A DNA stretch of 64,000 bases from Cyanobacteria bacterium P01_F01_bin.150 (lineage in GTDB: Bacteria > Cyanobacteriota > Cyanobacteriia > CAKZMO01): the NCBI GenBank assembly GCA_039189765.1, contig JBCCYL010000002.1, positions 1-64,000 of the forward strand, in the 5' to 3' direction. The notes beneath the pieces were generated by a model. That model made no database searches, was not told the origin of the DNA, and saw only the letters and a program-made list of their open reading frames with translations. The translations under genes and the position numbers were made by a program. Position 1 is the stretch's first letter; the number at the start of each line of letters is the position of its first letter. Below are positions 11,385 to 22,148 of this stretch, one piece after another.

Positions 11385-12995
11385 TTATGGTACCCAGTGG
11401 GGATGTAGCCCTTCTACTGGAATAGAATCAGGCTCAGCTAAAACTAGTTGTTCCTGTTTATCAAAAGTTAGAGGAAAAAACCAAAGTTGACTTGCTGTTA
11501 TGGCGCTACCATCATTTCCTCGCAAAATAGCATCAGACAAGTTAGGGTCGGCTGTGGACTTTACTTGATCAAACAGAATCCCTAACCCATCTGGGGCAAT
11601 GCTCATTTTGATATTTTGCTGTTGAGGTAAGAGGAGAAGCCGAGTTTGTTCGGCTGTTTCTAAATCAATAGCCATCAAGAATGGCTGCTCCAGAAAAGTA
11701 TCCGCAGACTGCAACTTGGTTACTAGACAGTAAAGGTATTTGCCTCTGGGATCAAATTGAGCATCAAGAATGTTGCCATTTGTCTCTAGAAGCTCTTTTT
11801 CAGCACCTTGGTTCGTCACCAGGAAAAGCGATCGCGTTGGTACATTGCCCTCGCTGCGAAACTGCACCATGGCCGCTTTAGAGCCGTCATTGGAGAAATT
11901 AAGGACCATCCCATATTGAGGCAAAAAATCAAGAGGTTCAATAGACTCATTCATGTTGGCATCTGGTTCCAGAGGCAGAATAGCCAGGCCCTCTCCCTGT
12001 AGATAGGCTAACGATTGACTATCTGGTGTAATCAGAAAATCACCCCCTGGTTCTGTTTCTAGAGGTATGGCATCTTGATTGGACCGCAAAATCCACAACC
12101 CAAAATCAGAGGGATCGTCACGACGCACTCGATAAATCACCAAAGATTGACCATCTGGAGCTAAATCAAATTTAAGATTTTGATAGCGATCGCTATCCAG
12201 AAGTAATATCGGCGTCTCTGGTTGATTAGTTTCGCTTGGTGGCCCAGTGGCGATCGCATTTAAGCTCCCCTTGAGTCCTCTATTGGCTAAAATCGGCTCT
12301 GATGCGTCTTGGACCTCAAGGCCAGTGGCTATGGTGTATAGCTTTTGATCAAGGATACCTTCTTGATGGGATTCGCGTTCTGTCGCAGAAAAAACGACGC
12401 GATCGCCTTTGGGATAGCTTTCATAGTCAAACACTACGAGGTTGCTTGGCGTCAAAATCTGCTTATGGTTCTGAGTAAGGTTGTACATTACCAGCCGACC
12501 TTCTTCTTCCCCTTCGACCCCAAGATAAAAGAAGGCGCGATCGCGCGTGCGGAAGGTAGACGTAAAGGGTTCAATCGTGGCCTGTCGCTTTCCCGTTTGA
12601 CTAAAGCGATCTTGAGCGTTCTTAAGTGCTAACTCAAACTCATAACCATATGGCGCTGGATCCTCTAGGGTATAGGCCATCTTTTGGCCTGCCCAACTAA
12701 TTTTGCCTGGAACAGGCCGAGGTTCAGAATCCGGAATTAAGACATTCACCTGTAAATTATCCACTACGCTCTGTTTGTTCATCGGACGGCTAAATGTCAA
12801 AGTGAAGGCGATGTCTTCAGCACCAATTTGTTTATCTTGCCAACTGAAATTCCGAATGCGAGGAGCAGTACGATTACCCAACACAAGCAAGGCCAAGATG
12901 GCAATACTCAACATTGCCATCACTAGCAGTGACGCTTGGTCGAGGGGTTGCCCCCACCGAACCTTCGAATCCACAGAAGAAGAACTACGAAACAT
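11385..12995 (-). CDS. Membrane-anchored protein with Ig-like domain and probable beta-propeller
   Basis: N-terminal TM helix, FTLTFSRPMN Ig-like motif, repeated PDG/PKG blade-like motifs. Confidence 0.6.
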   Translation of the reverse strand: MFRSSSSVDSKVRWGQPLDQASLLVMAMLSIAILALLVLGNRTAPRIRNFSWQDKQIGAEDIAFTLTFSRPMNKQSVVDNLQVNVLIPDSEPRPVPGKISWAGQKMAYTLEDPAPYGYEFELALKNAQDRFSQTGKRQATIEPFTSTFRTRDRAFFYLGVEGEEEGRLVMYNLTQNHKQILTPSNLVVFDYESYPKGDRVVFSATERESHQEGILDQKLYTIATGLEVQDASEPILANRGLKGSLNAIATGPPSETNQPETPILLLDSDRYQNLKFDLAPDGQSLVIYRVRRDDPSDFGLWILRSNQDAIPLETEPGGDFLITPDSQSLAYLQGEGLAILPLEPDANMNESIEPLDFLPQYGMVLNFSNDGSKAAMVQFRSEGNVPTRSLFLVTNQGAEKELLETNGNILDAQFDPRGKYLYCLVTKLQSADTFLEQPFLMAIDLETAEQTRLLLLPQQQNIKMSIAPDGLGILFDQVKSTADPNLSDAILRGNDGSAITASQLWFFPLTFDKQEQLVLAEPDSIPVEGLHPHWVP

Positions 12996-13190
12996 ATAAA
13001 TGAACTACAGCGAAGTGAGGATGAAACAGTCTTACTATGGTGACTATTCCAGAGAACGCCCATCTAATGTAGCAATTAAAGAGTACATATCGGAGCAATT
13101 TTGCTTTTTCCGATGTGTAAGCCAGCAAAGAAGTGCCCAGGATACTGGGACGCGAAGCGTTCAGTATCCTGGCTTAAATACAAGCTTTAG

Positions 13191-14303
13191 TTATTGACTA
13201 ACAAAAGCAGAAAAACTTACTTCATTGACCTTGTTCCAACCATAGACATCTGACCGAAATGCCTTCCACTCTTCATAGACCTCTTTGAATGTGGAGTCTT
13301 CACTAGCATTTTCTTCATAAAGTTCAAACGCTGCTGTTTGAGCCGCCGAGAGAATCTCATCACTGTAAGGCTTAAGCTGAACTCCTTTGTCCACTAGCCG
13401 TTTAAGGGCAGGCCCGTTTAAGGCATCATACTTAGCCAGCATATTAAGATTGGACTCCCGTGCCGCGCTGATAAGAATTTCTTGATATTCACCGGGAAGC
13501 TTATTCCACGCATCAAGGTTAATGGTCATATCTAGGGTTGCACCGGGTTCCCACCAACCTGGGTAGTAGTAAAAATTAGCGGCATCAGCTAGACCCAACT
13601 TTTCATCATCGTAGGGACCGACGAATTCTGCTGCATCAATGGCTCCCCGATCCAAGGCTAGAAAAATTTCACCGCCGGGGTATACCTGAACGTTAACCCC
13701 CAGTTTGGCCATGACTTTCCCCCCCAAACCCGGAATCCGCATTTTTAGACCCTGCAGATCTCCAACGGAATTTACTTCTTTTTTGAACCATCCCCCCATC
13801 TGAGCACCCGTATTGCCTGCGGGAAATGCAATCACGTTGAAATCAGAATAGAGCTTATGCATGGTTTCTAGGCCACCACCATGGTAATACCATGCATTTT
13901 GCTGTTGGGCATTAAGGCCAAAAGGTACGCTTGTGCCAAACGCAAGGGCTGGATTTTTGCCCACGTAATAATAGCTAGCACTATGGCCACATTCCACAGT
14001 GCCTGCCTGTACCGCATCCAGGACTTCTAATCCAGGGACAATTTCACCGGCGGCAAAGGGTTCAATCGTGAAGCGACCTCCTGTCAGAGCTTTGACTCGC
14101 TCACTAACGGTTGTAGCTCCACCATAAATGGTATCTAGAGACTTGGGCCAGCTAGTCGCCATTCGCCATTCCACACTGGGTAGATCTGAAGAGGCTTCCC
14201 CATCTTGAGCGTTAGTGGAGGGGGCGGGACCACCGCAGGCTGCCATGCCAAGAGCCGTTCCACTACCAACGGCAACATAGCTAAGAATATCTCGACGTTT
14301 CAT
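13191..14303 (-). CDS. dctP: TRAP transporter substrate-binding protein (DctP/TakP type)
   Basis: Tat-like MKRRDIL signal, [37 protein letters not shown]. Confidence 0.9.
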   Translation of the reverse strand: MKRRDILSYVAVGSGTALGMAACGGPAPSTNAQDGEASSDLPSVEWRMATSWPKSLDTIYGGATTVSERVKALTGGRFTIEPFAAGEIVPGLEVLDAVQAGTVECGHSASYYYVGKNPALAFGTSVPFGLNAQQQNAWYYHGGGLETMHKLYSDFNVIAFPAGNTGAQMGGWFKKEVNSVGDLQGLKMRIPGLGGKVMAKLGVNVQVYPGGEIFLALDRGAIDAAEFVGPYDDEKLGLADAANFYYYPGWWEPGATLDMTINLDAWNKLPGEYQEILISAARESNLNMLAKYDALNGPALKRLVDKGVQLKPYSDEILSAAQTAAFELYEENASEDSTFKEVYEEWKAFRSDVYGWNKVNEVSFSAFVSQ

Positions 14304-14567
14304 TGATTTTAAAGATGCTATTTGATTAGTAACGTTAGTCCGATCAGTAATTGTTTTTTAATATCGTATTCTGAGCTACATTGAACCATGTCATTTTGAT
14401 TTCAATGCGCAAACTGCAATAAATTGACTCATAATTGGGTTTTGTTTTGAGTCGAGACCAAATTAATGCTAGTGGGGGCACGAAGCCCCCCCCAACCCAC
14501 CTAAAGTTGCTACCCCAGCTCACACATGGCTTTGCTGATGCGCCTCCATCAATAGGACCCCGCTGCT

Positions 14568-15398
14568 ATGGCTCCACTTGTTACGCTTCTTACTGACTTT
14601 GGTTTGACTGATGCCTATGTTGGCATTATGAAAGGGGGCATAATGGCGATCGCCCCTAACGTATCTATCATCGATCTCACCCACGATATTCCGCCTCAAG
14701 ATTTATGGGCAGCTCGATTTAATTTGCTCAATGCTATTCCCTATTTCCCTGATGGAACCATCCATGTGGCAGTGGTAGATCCAGGGGTTGGAGGCGATCG
14801 CCGTGCTGTCGCCATTCAACTGCCCGATTGCATGCTAGTGGGACCAGACAACGGTATCTTTAGCGCTGTAGTTGCGCCTTATTTGGCTGAAGGGCGCAGC
14901 TTGGATAAGCAAGAAACAGGAGCAGGGAAAAAACTTAAGGCGGTCGCCCTAACCAATACTGCATATTGGCGAACCGACAGACCCAGCACTACGTTCCACG
15001 GTCGTGACATTTTTGCCCCGGTTGCAGCCCATTTGGCCCAGGGTGTTCCGGTGGAAACGATGGGGAATACCATTAATCCCAACTCGTTAAAAATGCTGAC
15101 TTTACCTAAGATATGGACTCAAGGCAATGAAGTGATTGGATGTGTGCAGTATGGCGATCGCTTTGGCAATCTGATCACAAATATCAAAGGTCAGGCTGTA
15201 AAGGCCCAAAAGTGGCAGGTGGATATTTCAGGACAGCGATTGATCGGCCAGCAAACTTACGGGAGTGTGAAACAGGGAGATCCTGTGGCCCTGATTGGTA
15301 GTCATGGTTGGGTTGAAATTGCGGTCAATGGAGGCAGTGCGAAAAATATGTTTGGGGTTGATATTGGTTCTCGCATCAAAATTGTTATGGAAAAATAA
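14568..15398 (+). CDS. DUF62 SAM hydroxide adenosyltransferase / SAM-dependent halogenase family
   Basis: LLTDFG, VVDPGVG, GPDNG, TFHGRDIFAP, DRFGN. Confidence 0.92.
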   Translation: MAPLVTLLTDFGLTDAYVGIMKGGIMAIAPNVSIIDLTHDIPPQDLWAARFNLLNAIPYFPDGTIHVAVVDPGVGGDRRAVAIQLPDCMLVGPDNGIFSAVVAPYLAEGRSLDKQETGAGKKLKAVALTNTAYWRTDRPSTTFHGRDIFAPVAAHLAQGVPVETMGNTINPNSLKMLTLPKIWTQGNEVIGCVQYGDRFGNLITNIKGQAVKAQKWQVDISGQRLIGQQTYGSVKQGDPVALIGSHGWVEIAVNGGSAKNMFGVDIGSRIKIVMEK

Positions 15399-15467
15399 AT
15401 CAAGGATTCTCAAAGAGCTTCAAAAGCGCCTAAATCTGTGAACCCTCTATCCATATAATAGACGAGT

Positions 15468-17177
15468 CTAGATGCCGTGACTCTTTCCAATTACCCAATG
15501 GCGGCGGAAAAATCGCGATAGCCGGGTTTCTTCTAGGACTAGATAGATCGGACGACCGTGGGGACAGGTATGGGGGTGGCGAGTGCGCTGCCAATCGTCC
15601 AACAACTGCTGCATTTCTGGCTGAGTCATGGGAGTACCGTTGCGAATGGCCGTACGACAAGCCGTCGCAACAATCGCCTCATCAATATTGCCTCCCTGAC
15701 TAAGTTCAGTTAGCGCATCGCTGCAATCCTCTCGTCCCACTAACGCTTTGGGCAGGCTACGAATCGCCCAAATATCGTCACCAAAGGGATCAACGGTAAG
15801 CGTAAGACGCTGGAGTTGTTCAACCTGAGCAGGGGTAAGCTGACTCATAATAATCGGCGTATCCAGAGGGACCACCTGCCACTCATCACATAGCTGTTCA
15901 TATAGCACCCGCTCATGGGCAATATGCTGCTCGATTAGCCACATGCCGCTGGGATGCTCAGCCATAATATACATGGAGTGGACTTGGGCGATCGCCTTCA
16001 GCTTCAGTAAGGAAACACTGGAACTTTGGATTTTGGATTTTGGATTTTGGATTTTGGATTGGGGTTCCTCTGTTCCCCCGCTCCCCTGCTCTCCTGAATC
16101 CTCAAAGCCATAATCGCCCAAAGATTCTGCTGTTTTAAGCAGTTTACCGACTCGTTCAGAGTAAAAACTGTCGCTGGTAGTAAGGTGTTGCGCCAAGGTA
16201 CTGGCGATCGCCTCAGCTACCTGTTTACGCCAGTCTTCCATCTGGTCTAAGTAAATATCTAGTTTGGCCGGGTGGCGATTCCAATCGATCGTGTGGGGAG
16301 GAACGTGGAGATGGACAAAACAGATGGGATGACGATTGCGGGGTAGAGTACGGCGAAAGGCTCCCATAATCGTTTGTTCTAGCTCGGGCGATCGCACGAC
16401 TCGACCATTAATCGCCACTTTTATCCAGTCAGGACGATAGCGATGACATCGATCCGGCAAGCCAAAAACAAGGTCTATTTTGGATTTTGGATTTTGGATT
16501 TTGGCCTCACACAGATCGCTGGGTTGAACGGTGTGAACGAGTTGGGGAAGGATCGACTTTGCCGTCTTGCCGGGGTAAATAGAGAACCAATCCCGATCAT
16601 GTTGGTCTACTTGCCAAGTGATATGGGGATGACATAGGGCGAGATGATAAAGCGTTAGCTGAATCTGGCGCAACTGCTGGGAACGATGGGGTAAGACGTT
16701 GCGGCGGGCAGGCCAAGTGTCAAATATATCTTTGACGGTAATGATCGTTCCAGGTGCGATCGCCACTGTTGTCGTCGAGAGCGCTTCTCCTTGATGACTA
16801 TAGGTTAGTTGCCAGCCTGCATCTGTGTTTGGTGTGCGGCTACAAATACAAAGATTTCCTAGCTGGGCTAAACTATGAAGCGCTTCTCCACGAAATCCTA
16901 AGCTATTGATGCATAGTAAATCCTGGCTGTTTTGAATTTTACTGGTGCTGTGGGCGGCAGCAGCTTGCTGTAAATTGTCCAAGGTCATGCCTGCGCCATT
17001 GTCCACCACGCGCAGGGTCCACTGTTGCGGATAGACTGACACGTTAACCCGAGTTGCCCCTGCATCAATAGCATTCTCCACCAATTCCCGAACTCCAGCA
17101 GCCAAAGAATCAATTACTTCCCCAGCAGCAATTAAATTAATGACATCGGAGGGTAAGGGTTGGATGGGTGTGGACAT
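15468..17177 (-). CDS. mutL: DNA mismatch repair protein MutL
   Basis: IAAGEVI, ELVENAIDAG, GFRGEAL, EQHIAHER, ACR, CPHGRP. Confidence 0.96.
   Translation of the reverse strand: MSTPIQPLPSDVINLIAAGEVIDSLAAGVRELVENAIDAGATRVNVSVYPQQWTLRVVDNGAGMTLDNLQQAAAAHSTSKIQNSQDLLCINSLGFRGEALHSLAQLGNLCICSRTPNTDAGWQLTYSHQGEALSTTTVAIAPGTIITVKDIFDTWPARRNVLPHRSQQLRQIQLTLYHLALCHPHITWQVDQHDRDWFSIYPGKTAKSILPQLVHTVQPSDLCEAKIQNPKSKIDLVFGLPDRCHRYRPDWIKVAINGRVVRSPELEQTIMGAFRRTLPRNRHPICFVHLHVPPHTIDWNRHPAKLDIYLDQMEDWRKQVAEAIASTLAQHLTTSDSFYSERVGKLLKTAESLGDYGFEDSGEQGSGGTEEPQSKIQNPKSKIQSSSVSLLKLKAIAQVHSMYIMAEHPSGMWLIEQHIAHERVLYEQLCDEWQVVPLDTPIIMSQLTPAQVEQLQRLTLTVDPFGDDIWAIRSLPKALVGREDCSDALTELSQGGNIDEAIVATACRTAIRNGTPMTQPEMQQLLDDWQRTRHPHTCPHGRPIYLVLEETRLSRFFRRHWVIGKSHGI
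16025..16059. repeat. Perfect heptamer tract (TTTGGAT)x5 inside mutL
   Basis: Read directly; encodes QSKIQNPKSKIQ. Confidence 0.9.
16477..16504. repeat. Perfect heptamer tract (ATTTTGG)x4 inside mutL
   Basis: Read directly; encodes KIQNPKSKI. Confidence 0.9.
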
Positions 17178-17187
17178 AAATTATTGC

Positions 17188-17727
17188 TTAGGAGCGATCG
17201 CCCAGATACCTCATCTGCATTTGAATATTGGTATTTTGTTGGGAGAGCAAGAAAACCGCATCTTGGAAGGAGGCGGGGCCAGTGCGAACTGGGGCATCAT
17301 TTGAAAACGCAAATCCTTCCGTAGGAATGCCCAACATTCCTTGGTTTAGCTGGGCATCCTCGTTGCTGTCATGGTACGCGGCGACTGCATAACTGCCGTA
17401 AGCTAAATCATCAAAAGTAATCTGAAAGGGCAACTCAGAAATTGCCATACATTCAGCTTTCACAGCTCGCTGGGCGTCGGAGGGAAACCCTCGGCTACCG
17501 TCAAATACGGTTAAACACACATTGCCAGATTGATTTTCCAAACCATCAATTTCAACCGTTAAATTTCCTCGATAGTTTGCCAAAGCAGAGCTAGTGAAGG
17601 TAAGACTGCTGCCTACACTGAAGGCAATCGCTGCAACAATAGTTCGAAGGGAGGAGCGCTTTAGCATAGGAAATAGAAACTCAAAAGTTAGTATAGGTGA
17701 GAGATAATGGAGACAGGGACTAAGCAA
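17188..17727 (-). CDS. DUF2141 family exported protein (true start probably ATG at 17667)
   Basis: YAVAAYHDSNED...GIPTEGFAFSN motif, signal-peptide-like segment. Confidence 0.85.
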   Translation of the reverse strand: MLSPCLHYLSPILTFEFLFPMLKRSSLRTIVAAIAFSVGSSLTFTSSALANYRGNLTVEIDGLENQSGNVCLTVFDGSRGFPSDAQRAVKAECMAISELPFQITFDDLAYGSYAVAAYHDSNEDAQLNQGMLGIPTEGFAFSNDAPVRTGPASFQDAVFLLSQQNTNIQMQMRYLGDRS

Positions 17728-17783
17728 GAACTCAATTTGTCTGCCAAATTATACCCTACCCAGCCATTATCGTTTTGTTGCTT

Positions 17784-18116
17784 TTAGCGACGCGGGCGAA
17801 CTCCACCAAATAATCCGATCCGAGGCTGTTTTCGTTTTCGCTTTTGATCTTCCTTGTTTTGCAGTCCAAAGCGCTTTACCTGTTTGCTAAGCCGCTCTAG
17901 TGCTTTGGGAACCGCTACGCCATTATCTTTGAGTTCAGGCGCTTCCAGCTCTTTCTCTAGCTTCCACCATTTTGATAGCACCCCACCCGCTAATCCTCCC
18001 AATATTCCCAGAAAAATGGCAATTTGCAGTGGATATCGAGCAATGGCGAAACATAGCATAAAGAAAATCCAGCATTTAATAAGGGCATTGCTATTAACGT
18101 GTTGCTTAAAAGACAT
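17784..18116 (-). CDS. Hypothetical membrane protein
   Basis: 110 aa, two hydrophobic helices and basic tail, co-oriented with neighbours. Confidence 0.6.
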   Translation of the reverse strand: MSFKQHVNSNALIKCWIFFMLCFAIARYPLQIAIFLGILGGLAGGVLSKWWKLEKELEAPELKDNGVAVPKALERLSKQVKRFGLQNKEDQKRKRKQPRIGLFGGVRPRR

Positions 18117-18130
18117 AGGCTATGAGGGAG

Positions 18131-18181
18131 TTGGGGAGTTAAAGGGTTGAGGAGTTAAAGGGTTGGTGAGTTAAAGGGTTG
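18131..18181. repeat. Intergenic tandem repeat, GAGTTAAAGGGTTG core x3 (16-bp period)
   Basis: Read directly. Confidence 0.8.
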
Positions 18182-18221
18182 GGGGGGTAGAGCGTTATTC
18201 CATATTTACAGTTTTATAAGC

Positions 18222-19916
18222 TTAAAATTTAAAAGTGGTGCGCAGAGTTGCGATGACGCGATCGCGATTATCCTGATTCTGGTTGGGGGCCGTTAGCCAC
18301 AGCAAACCAGGGGAAACCGATACTTGATCCGATAGCCGCAAGGTATAAAAGGCTTCAACATGCAGGGGGGTATCGTTGTCAATGTTCAAACTAGAGTGGT
18401 TAAATCCAGCCAAATAGGGCTCTGATCCAACAATTAAACCACCAGATGTTTGAGGAATTAACCAGTTTTCAATCCCTAAACCCATTCCATAAAACCATAG
18501 GTCTCCATCACCTTTATCTATAAACCGTACATCAGTGTAGCCACCAAACCCATACAAAGAGAAACGATTATTTAATTCCACCGTCGTTTGGACACCATAG
18601 GAATGGGTGATGGCAGGAGTATCCAAAAACGAATGGGTTCCATTTGCAATTCCAGTACCTGCGATCGCCTTCTCTAAACCTGAATCAAAAATTGCACTTT
18701 CTGGAGAATGATAACCATGTACATAGGTTAACCCCAACTGCACATTTGAGGTTGGACGTAGGGTGAGTTGTCCCAAGGCTGCATAATCCCTATTGAATAG
18801 TCCAGCATCATCCGCAGCAGCCTGATCGGCTAAATATCCGACCGCTAAACTAAGAGTCTCATCTTTATTCAACACCCATTCGCCTCCAATGCCAGCCCCA
18901 CCTCCAATGGTGTAGATTGGGCTGGTTTGGCCAAATACGGAAATGGCTCCATCTCCCTGGAAGCCATTTCCAAAGGGACTGAGGGTATCTACATAATGAC
19001 TGTGGGTTCCTCCTTTCGCACTGATGTAGAGATTAATAGGTAGGGTAGAGCGATCGCCAAAAGAGCGAGAATAGGCCAACCAGTCCAGCTCCACTCTATC
19101 CTGGCTATTGCCTCGACTATTTTGAATCAACGTGCCTTCGGCTGTTTCGGCAAGGCGAATGTGGGCAGTCGTGCCAGCGGTTGATACCGCACTATCGTTT
19201 TGGCCCAGGGCATTACTGTTACTCATGATCAATCGGGTATTTAAGGCATCTCTTGCCGAAAAATGGGTGGAAAAATCAAGCCACACCCTATACTGCCCCG
19301 TTGTTTGAGTGGCCTTTCCATCCCCGCCCTGCTCCGTCAGCGCCAGAAGCCCCTCACCATTCAACAGCGTTGTGGTGGAGAAAGTCTGTTCTTCCAGGGT
19401 ATCGGTGCGCAATTCCAAGTCAACCAAGCGTTCTTTTGATTCCGCTAAGATCTTCTGAAAATCATTCTGAAGCTGTTCGATAATCTCGATGTCGCTTTCC
19501 TGCTGAATAAGTTGTCGCTGCTCTTCAAGAATAGATGCCTGTAATTGATCCAACACCGGAATCATAACAGCAGCCAGTTCATAGCGGGTGAGTGGCCGAT
19601 CTCCTCTATACGTCCCATCGGGAAAGCCTAGGGGGATATTGTAGCGATGGATTAACGATTCCAGTGCCTCATAGGCCCAATCGCTGGGGTAAACGTCTCT
19701 AAGGTCGTGCCTAAGGACCCCCTCCAAATCTGGAGACGCTGGATCTGGCTGGGACTCAGAAAGCTCAAATACTGGAGTGACTTGAACCATTGCATCAAGA
19801 CCAATGGCGATCGCTCCATCGACTCGAAACCATGTAAGCGATGCGATCACCAATCCCATTGGCACAGTCCTGCGAGACCATAGGACTTCTTTACTTATTC
19901 TCCAGACTAGGGACAT
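18222..19916 (-). CDS. Cyanobacterial SLH + OprB-family outer-membrane porin
   Basis: DVYPSDWAYEAL SLH motif, FSTTT junction, HVEAFY, C-terminal LRTTFKF. Confidence 0.9.
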   Translation of the reverse strand: MSLVWRISKEVLWSRRTVPMGLVIASLTWFRVDGAIAIGLDAMVQVTPVFELSESQPDPASPDLEGVLRHDLRDVYPSDWAYEALESLIHRYNIPLGFPDGTYRGDRPLTRYELAAVMIPVLDQLQASILEEQRQLIQQESDIEIIEQLQNDFQKILAESKERLVDLELRTDTLEEQTFSTTTLLNGEGLLALTEQGGDGKATQTTGQYRVWLDFSTHFSARDALNTRLIMSNSNALGQNDSAVSTAGTTAHIRLAETAEGTLIQNSRGNSQDRVELDWLAYSRSFGDRSTLPINLYISAKGGTHSHYVDTLSPFGNGFQGDGAISVFGQTSPIYTIGGGAGIGGEWVLNKDETLSLAVGYLADQAAADDAGLFNRDYAALGQLTLRPTSNVQLGLTYVHGYHSPESAIFDSGLEKAIAGTGIANGTHSFLDTPAITHSYGVQTTVELNNRFSLYGFGGYTDVRFIDKGDGDLWFYGMGLGIENWLIPQTSGGLIVGSEPYLAGFNHSSLNIDNDTPLHVEAFYTLRLSDQVSVSPGLLWLTAPNQNQDNRDRVIATLRTTFKF

Positions 19917-20361
19917 AGATTACTACAAATGCTTTTTGCTACATGAGGGACTCTATTGGTAAGCATAAATATCTTATCCGGCTAATCTAATAGTAATGAT
20001 TTAGGAATGAAAATTTAAAGACTCTGTTCATTGAACTCACTTATCGCCAAGGATCTCTACAGACAAATGGTTCCGACAAAATACTGAGTAAAAAATATCC
20101 TCTGTATCTAAAAAACAAAATACAGGCTTTTATACGGATGAAGCGTAAAAACCCAAAAATATTTAATGAAAATGGCATGTAGCAATACCATCTTTGTTGT
20201 TATGACGGTGTTCTGACTAAAGTTGATATCCCTATTTTTAGAGTTTAAAACTTAAACTGGGAAGAATTTAACGGGATACTGAGGCGCTCTACCCCCGAGT
20301 ATTCCGCCTTAAAATACAAGCCATTTTTACCAAAATAAAGACTATCTATCCGCATTATTGA

Positions 20362-20874
20362 ATGTTTTATTATTTACACATCCTAATATTGAGCATAGGA
20401 TTTGGTGCTGTGGGTTGGTACTTAGCCGCCATTCACGCCCAATTTTTGATATGGCTCAGCCTTGCCAGCTTAATTATCTATTTAATTAATACTCAGCAGG
20501 GAGGGCTTGTGTTGGCCCACGGATGGGTAGCTGTAGTGATGTCCATTAGTGCGGTCACCCGAATTTGGCCCTCAGTCTGGCCCTCTCACATCCCCTATCA
20601 TTATCCTCAACTATGGGCGTTAATCCTGCTCATTATTTGGGCGATCGCCGCCACTTTAATCCATCTACTGGCCTCATTTCCCCACATGACCCAGCAGGAA
20701 TTCGCTCAACATCCGGTCGCGTTGCGCTTGGCATTACGCCATCGGTCTCCAGCGCTTAGGCTATCGATAACATCGGCAAGGACCTCCAACCTTTTCTTTG
20801 TGATTCTTATGGCTTGGGTCAGTAGTGCGATCGCCTTGGGTGCTATGGCCTACATCATAGGAGTCAGAACATGA
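20362..20874 (+). CDS. Hypothetical membrane protein
   Basis: 170 aa, several TM segments, ATGA overlap with next ORF. Confidence 0.6.
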   Translation: MFYYLHILILSIGFGAVGWYLAAIHAQFLIWLSLASLIIYLINTQQGGLVLAHGWVAVVMSISAVTRIWPSVWPSHIPYHYPQLWALILLIIWAIAATLIHLLASFPHMTQQEFAQHPVALRLALRHRSPALRLSITSARTSNLFFVILMAWVSSAIALGAMAYIIGVRT

Positions 20875-21425
20875 CGACATCATCCAGATCCGATTTACCT
20901 TGTTCCTCTCCTCATCAATCGTTGGCCTCCCAACCTCAAGTGGCAAGGTCCACAGATGAAAATCTATGTGAGGTCCTGAACAGTGCCCAAAATAAGAGTC
21001 GTATTATGAACAGTCGAGCAACTTATAGGCAACGTACGCCGGATGATTATCTGGCCTTGCTGGACACAAAAATCCGGGCCAGCTTTTCCGATGACCAGTT
21101 AGACAGCATTCGCATGTTGCTGGCGTCCACTATCCCAAAACCCTCTCCCAAACTGGTGGATTTGCGATTTGAGATAGACTTGCTTCTCTCTCGCTTTTAC
21201 GTTGTCTTATTTGTGGGCAAAGATCGACGCAAGAAACGGCGATCGCCCCTTCACCCAATATTGACACGAATCGGCAATGTTGCCATTGCTATTGCTATTT
21301 TGGTCGGGATCAATCTATTGATTAGCCTCGGACTATTTATGTTTTTCTATCTGGTCAAGTCAGCTCTCAATATTGATTTATTCCATGAGACACATTTGGC
21401 AGATCAGCTTGAACGCTTTCGCTAA
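20871..21425 (+). CDS. Hypothetical membrane protein
   Basis: VDLRF...RFYVVLFVGKDRR segment and C-terminal TM helix. Confidence 0.65.
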   Translation: MTTSSRSDLPCSSPHQSLASQPQVARSTDENLCEVLNSAQNKSRIMNSRATYRQRTPDDYLALLDTKIRASFSDDQLDSIRMLLASTIPKPSPKLVDLRFEIDLLLSRFYVVLFVGKDRRKKRRSPLHPILTRIGNVAIAIAILVGINLLISLGLFMFFYLVKSALNIDLFHETHLADQLERFR

Positions 21426-21464
21426 TCTGCCAATTGCTTATATGGGATATCAACTTTCGGCGGG

Positions 21465-21491
21465 TAGTGGGGGCGCGGAGTGCCCCCACTA
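21465..21491. terminator. GC-rich hairpin between convergent genes
   Basis: TAGTGGGGGC...GCCCCCACTA inverted repeat. Confidence 0.55.
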
Positions 21492-21516
21492 TCGTTGATT
21501 TTGAAAATTTGATGCC

Positions 21517-22134
21517 TTATTTTACCGGCCTTATATTTAATAGTCCCTGTGCTTTCAATTTCGGGTCAAACTGAAAAGATTCTTTGACGCCACGGTCCTT
21601 TAAGGTGGCCTTGATATCGGATTCTACTCGCAGAGCAACCTTTTTTAAAATTTTAGTCTGGCCTACATCACTCGTTGCTGCTGTGTATAGCGCTTGCTCA
21701 TCAGGCGTCATTTGTCGTTTAATATTAATGGGCTGAGTCCATCGCTCAGTATCCGTATCATTTCCGGGTGGGCGATTGCCATTTTCCTCTATCCATGCCG
21801 TCTCAATCGCTTCCAATATGGCTCGTTTGGGCCGTTCAATAGTTTGCACTTTGATCCAACCGCACAGTTCCGGACAACGAACCAAATGCTGCTTTAGACT
21901 CATCGTCACATCACGGGAATAGCCAACAAACTGAAGACACTTCGTCTGGTCAAAAATGGCGTAAATTCCTACTACTTTGGAGTAGTGCTTGGGTAAGCAT
22001 CCATCTTCGTCCACGTAGGGACTAAAATCTAGGTCTGCAAGGCTGGGAGCATGAGGTTCTGTTGAGAGGGTAGTCATGGGTCTAAGAGTATAGATACGGA
22101 TATATGAGATTGCACGAGCTTTACTGTGAGCCAA
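21517..22134 (-). CDS. GIY-YIG domain protein (cyanobacterial/plastid type); start probably ATG at 22077
   Basis: GIYAIFD...QFVGYSRD...LKQHL motif. Confidence 0.8.
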   Translation of the reverse strand: MAHSKARAISYIRIYTLRPMTTLSTEPHAPSLADLDFSPYVDEDGCLPKHYSKVVGIYAIFDQTKCLQFVGYSRDVTMSLKQHLVRCPELCGWIKVQTIERPKRAILEAIETAWIEENGNRPPGNDTDTERWTQPINIKRQMTPDEQALYTAATSDVGQTKILKKVALRVESDIKATLKDRGVKESFQFDPKLKAQGLLNIRPVK

Positions 22135-22148
22135 GTATCAGCGAAGGC

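Noticed and set aside
14568..15398. Fluorinase/chlorinase activity
   Set aside because: The sequence has the FHGRD motif typical of DUF62 SAM hydrolases and there is no biosynthetic cluster context; halogenase activity is not supported.
21517..22134. GIY-YIG gene as a homing endonuclease or mobile element
   Set aside because: Resembles the standalone cyanobacterial/plastid family; no intron or flanking repeats.
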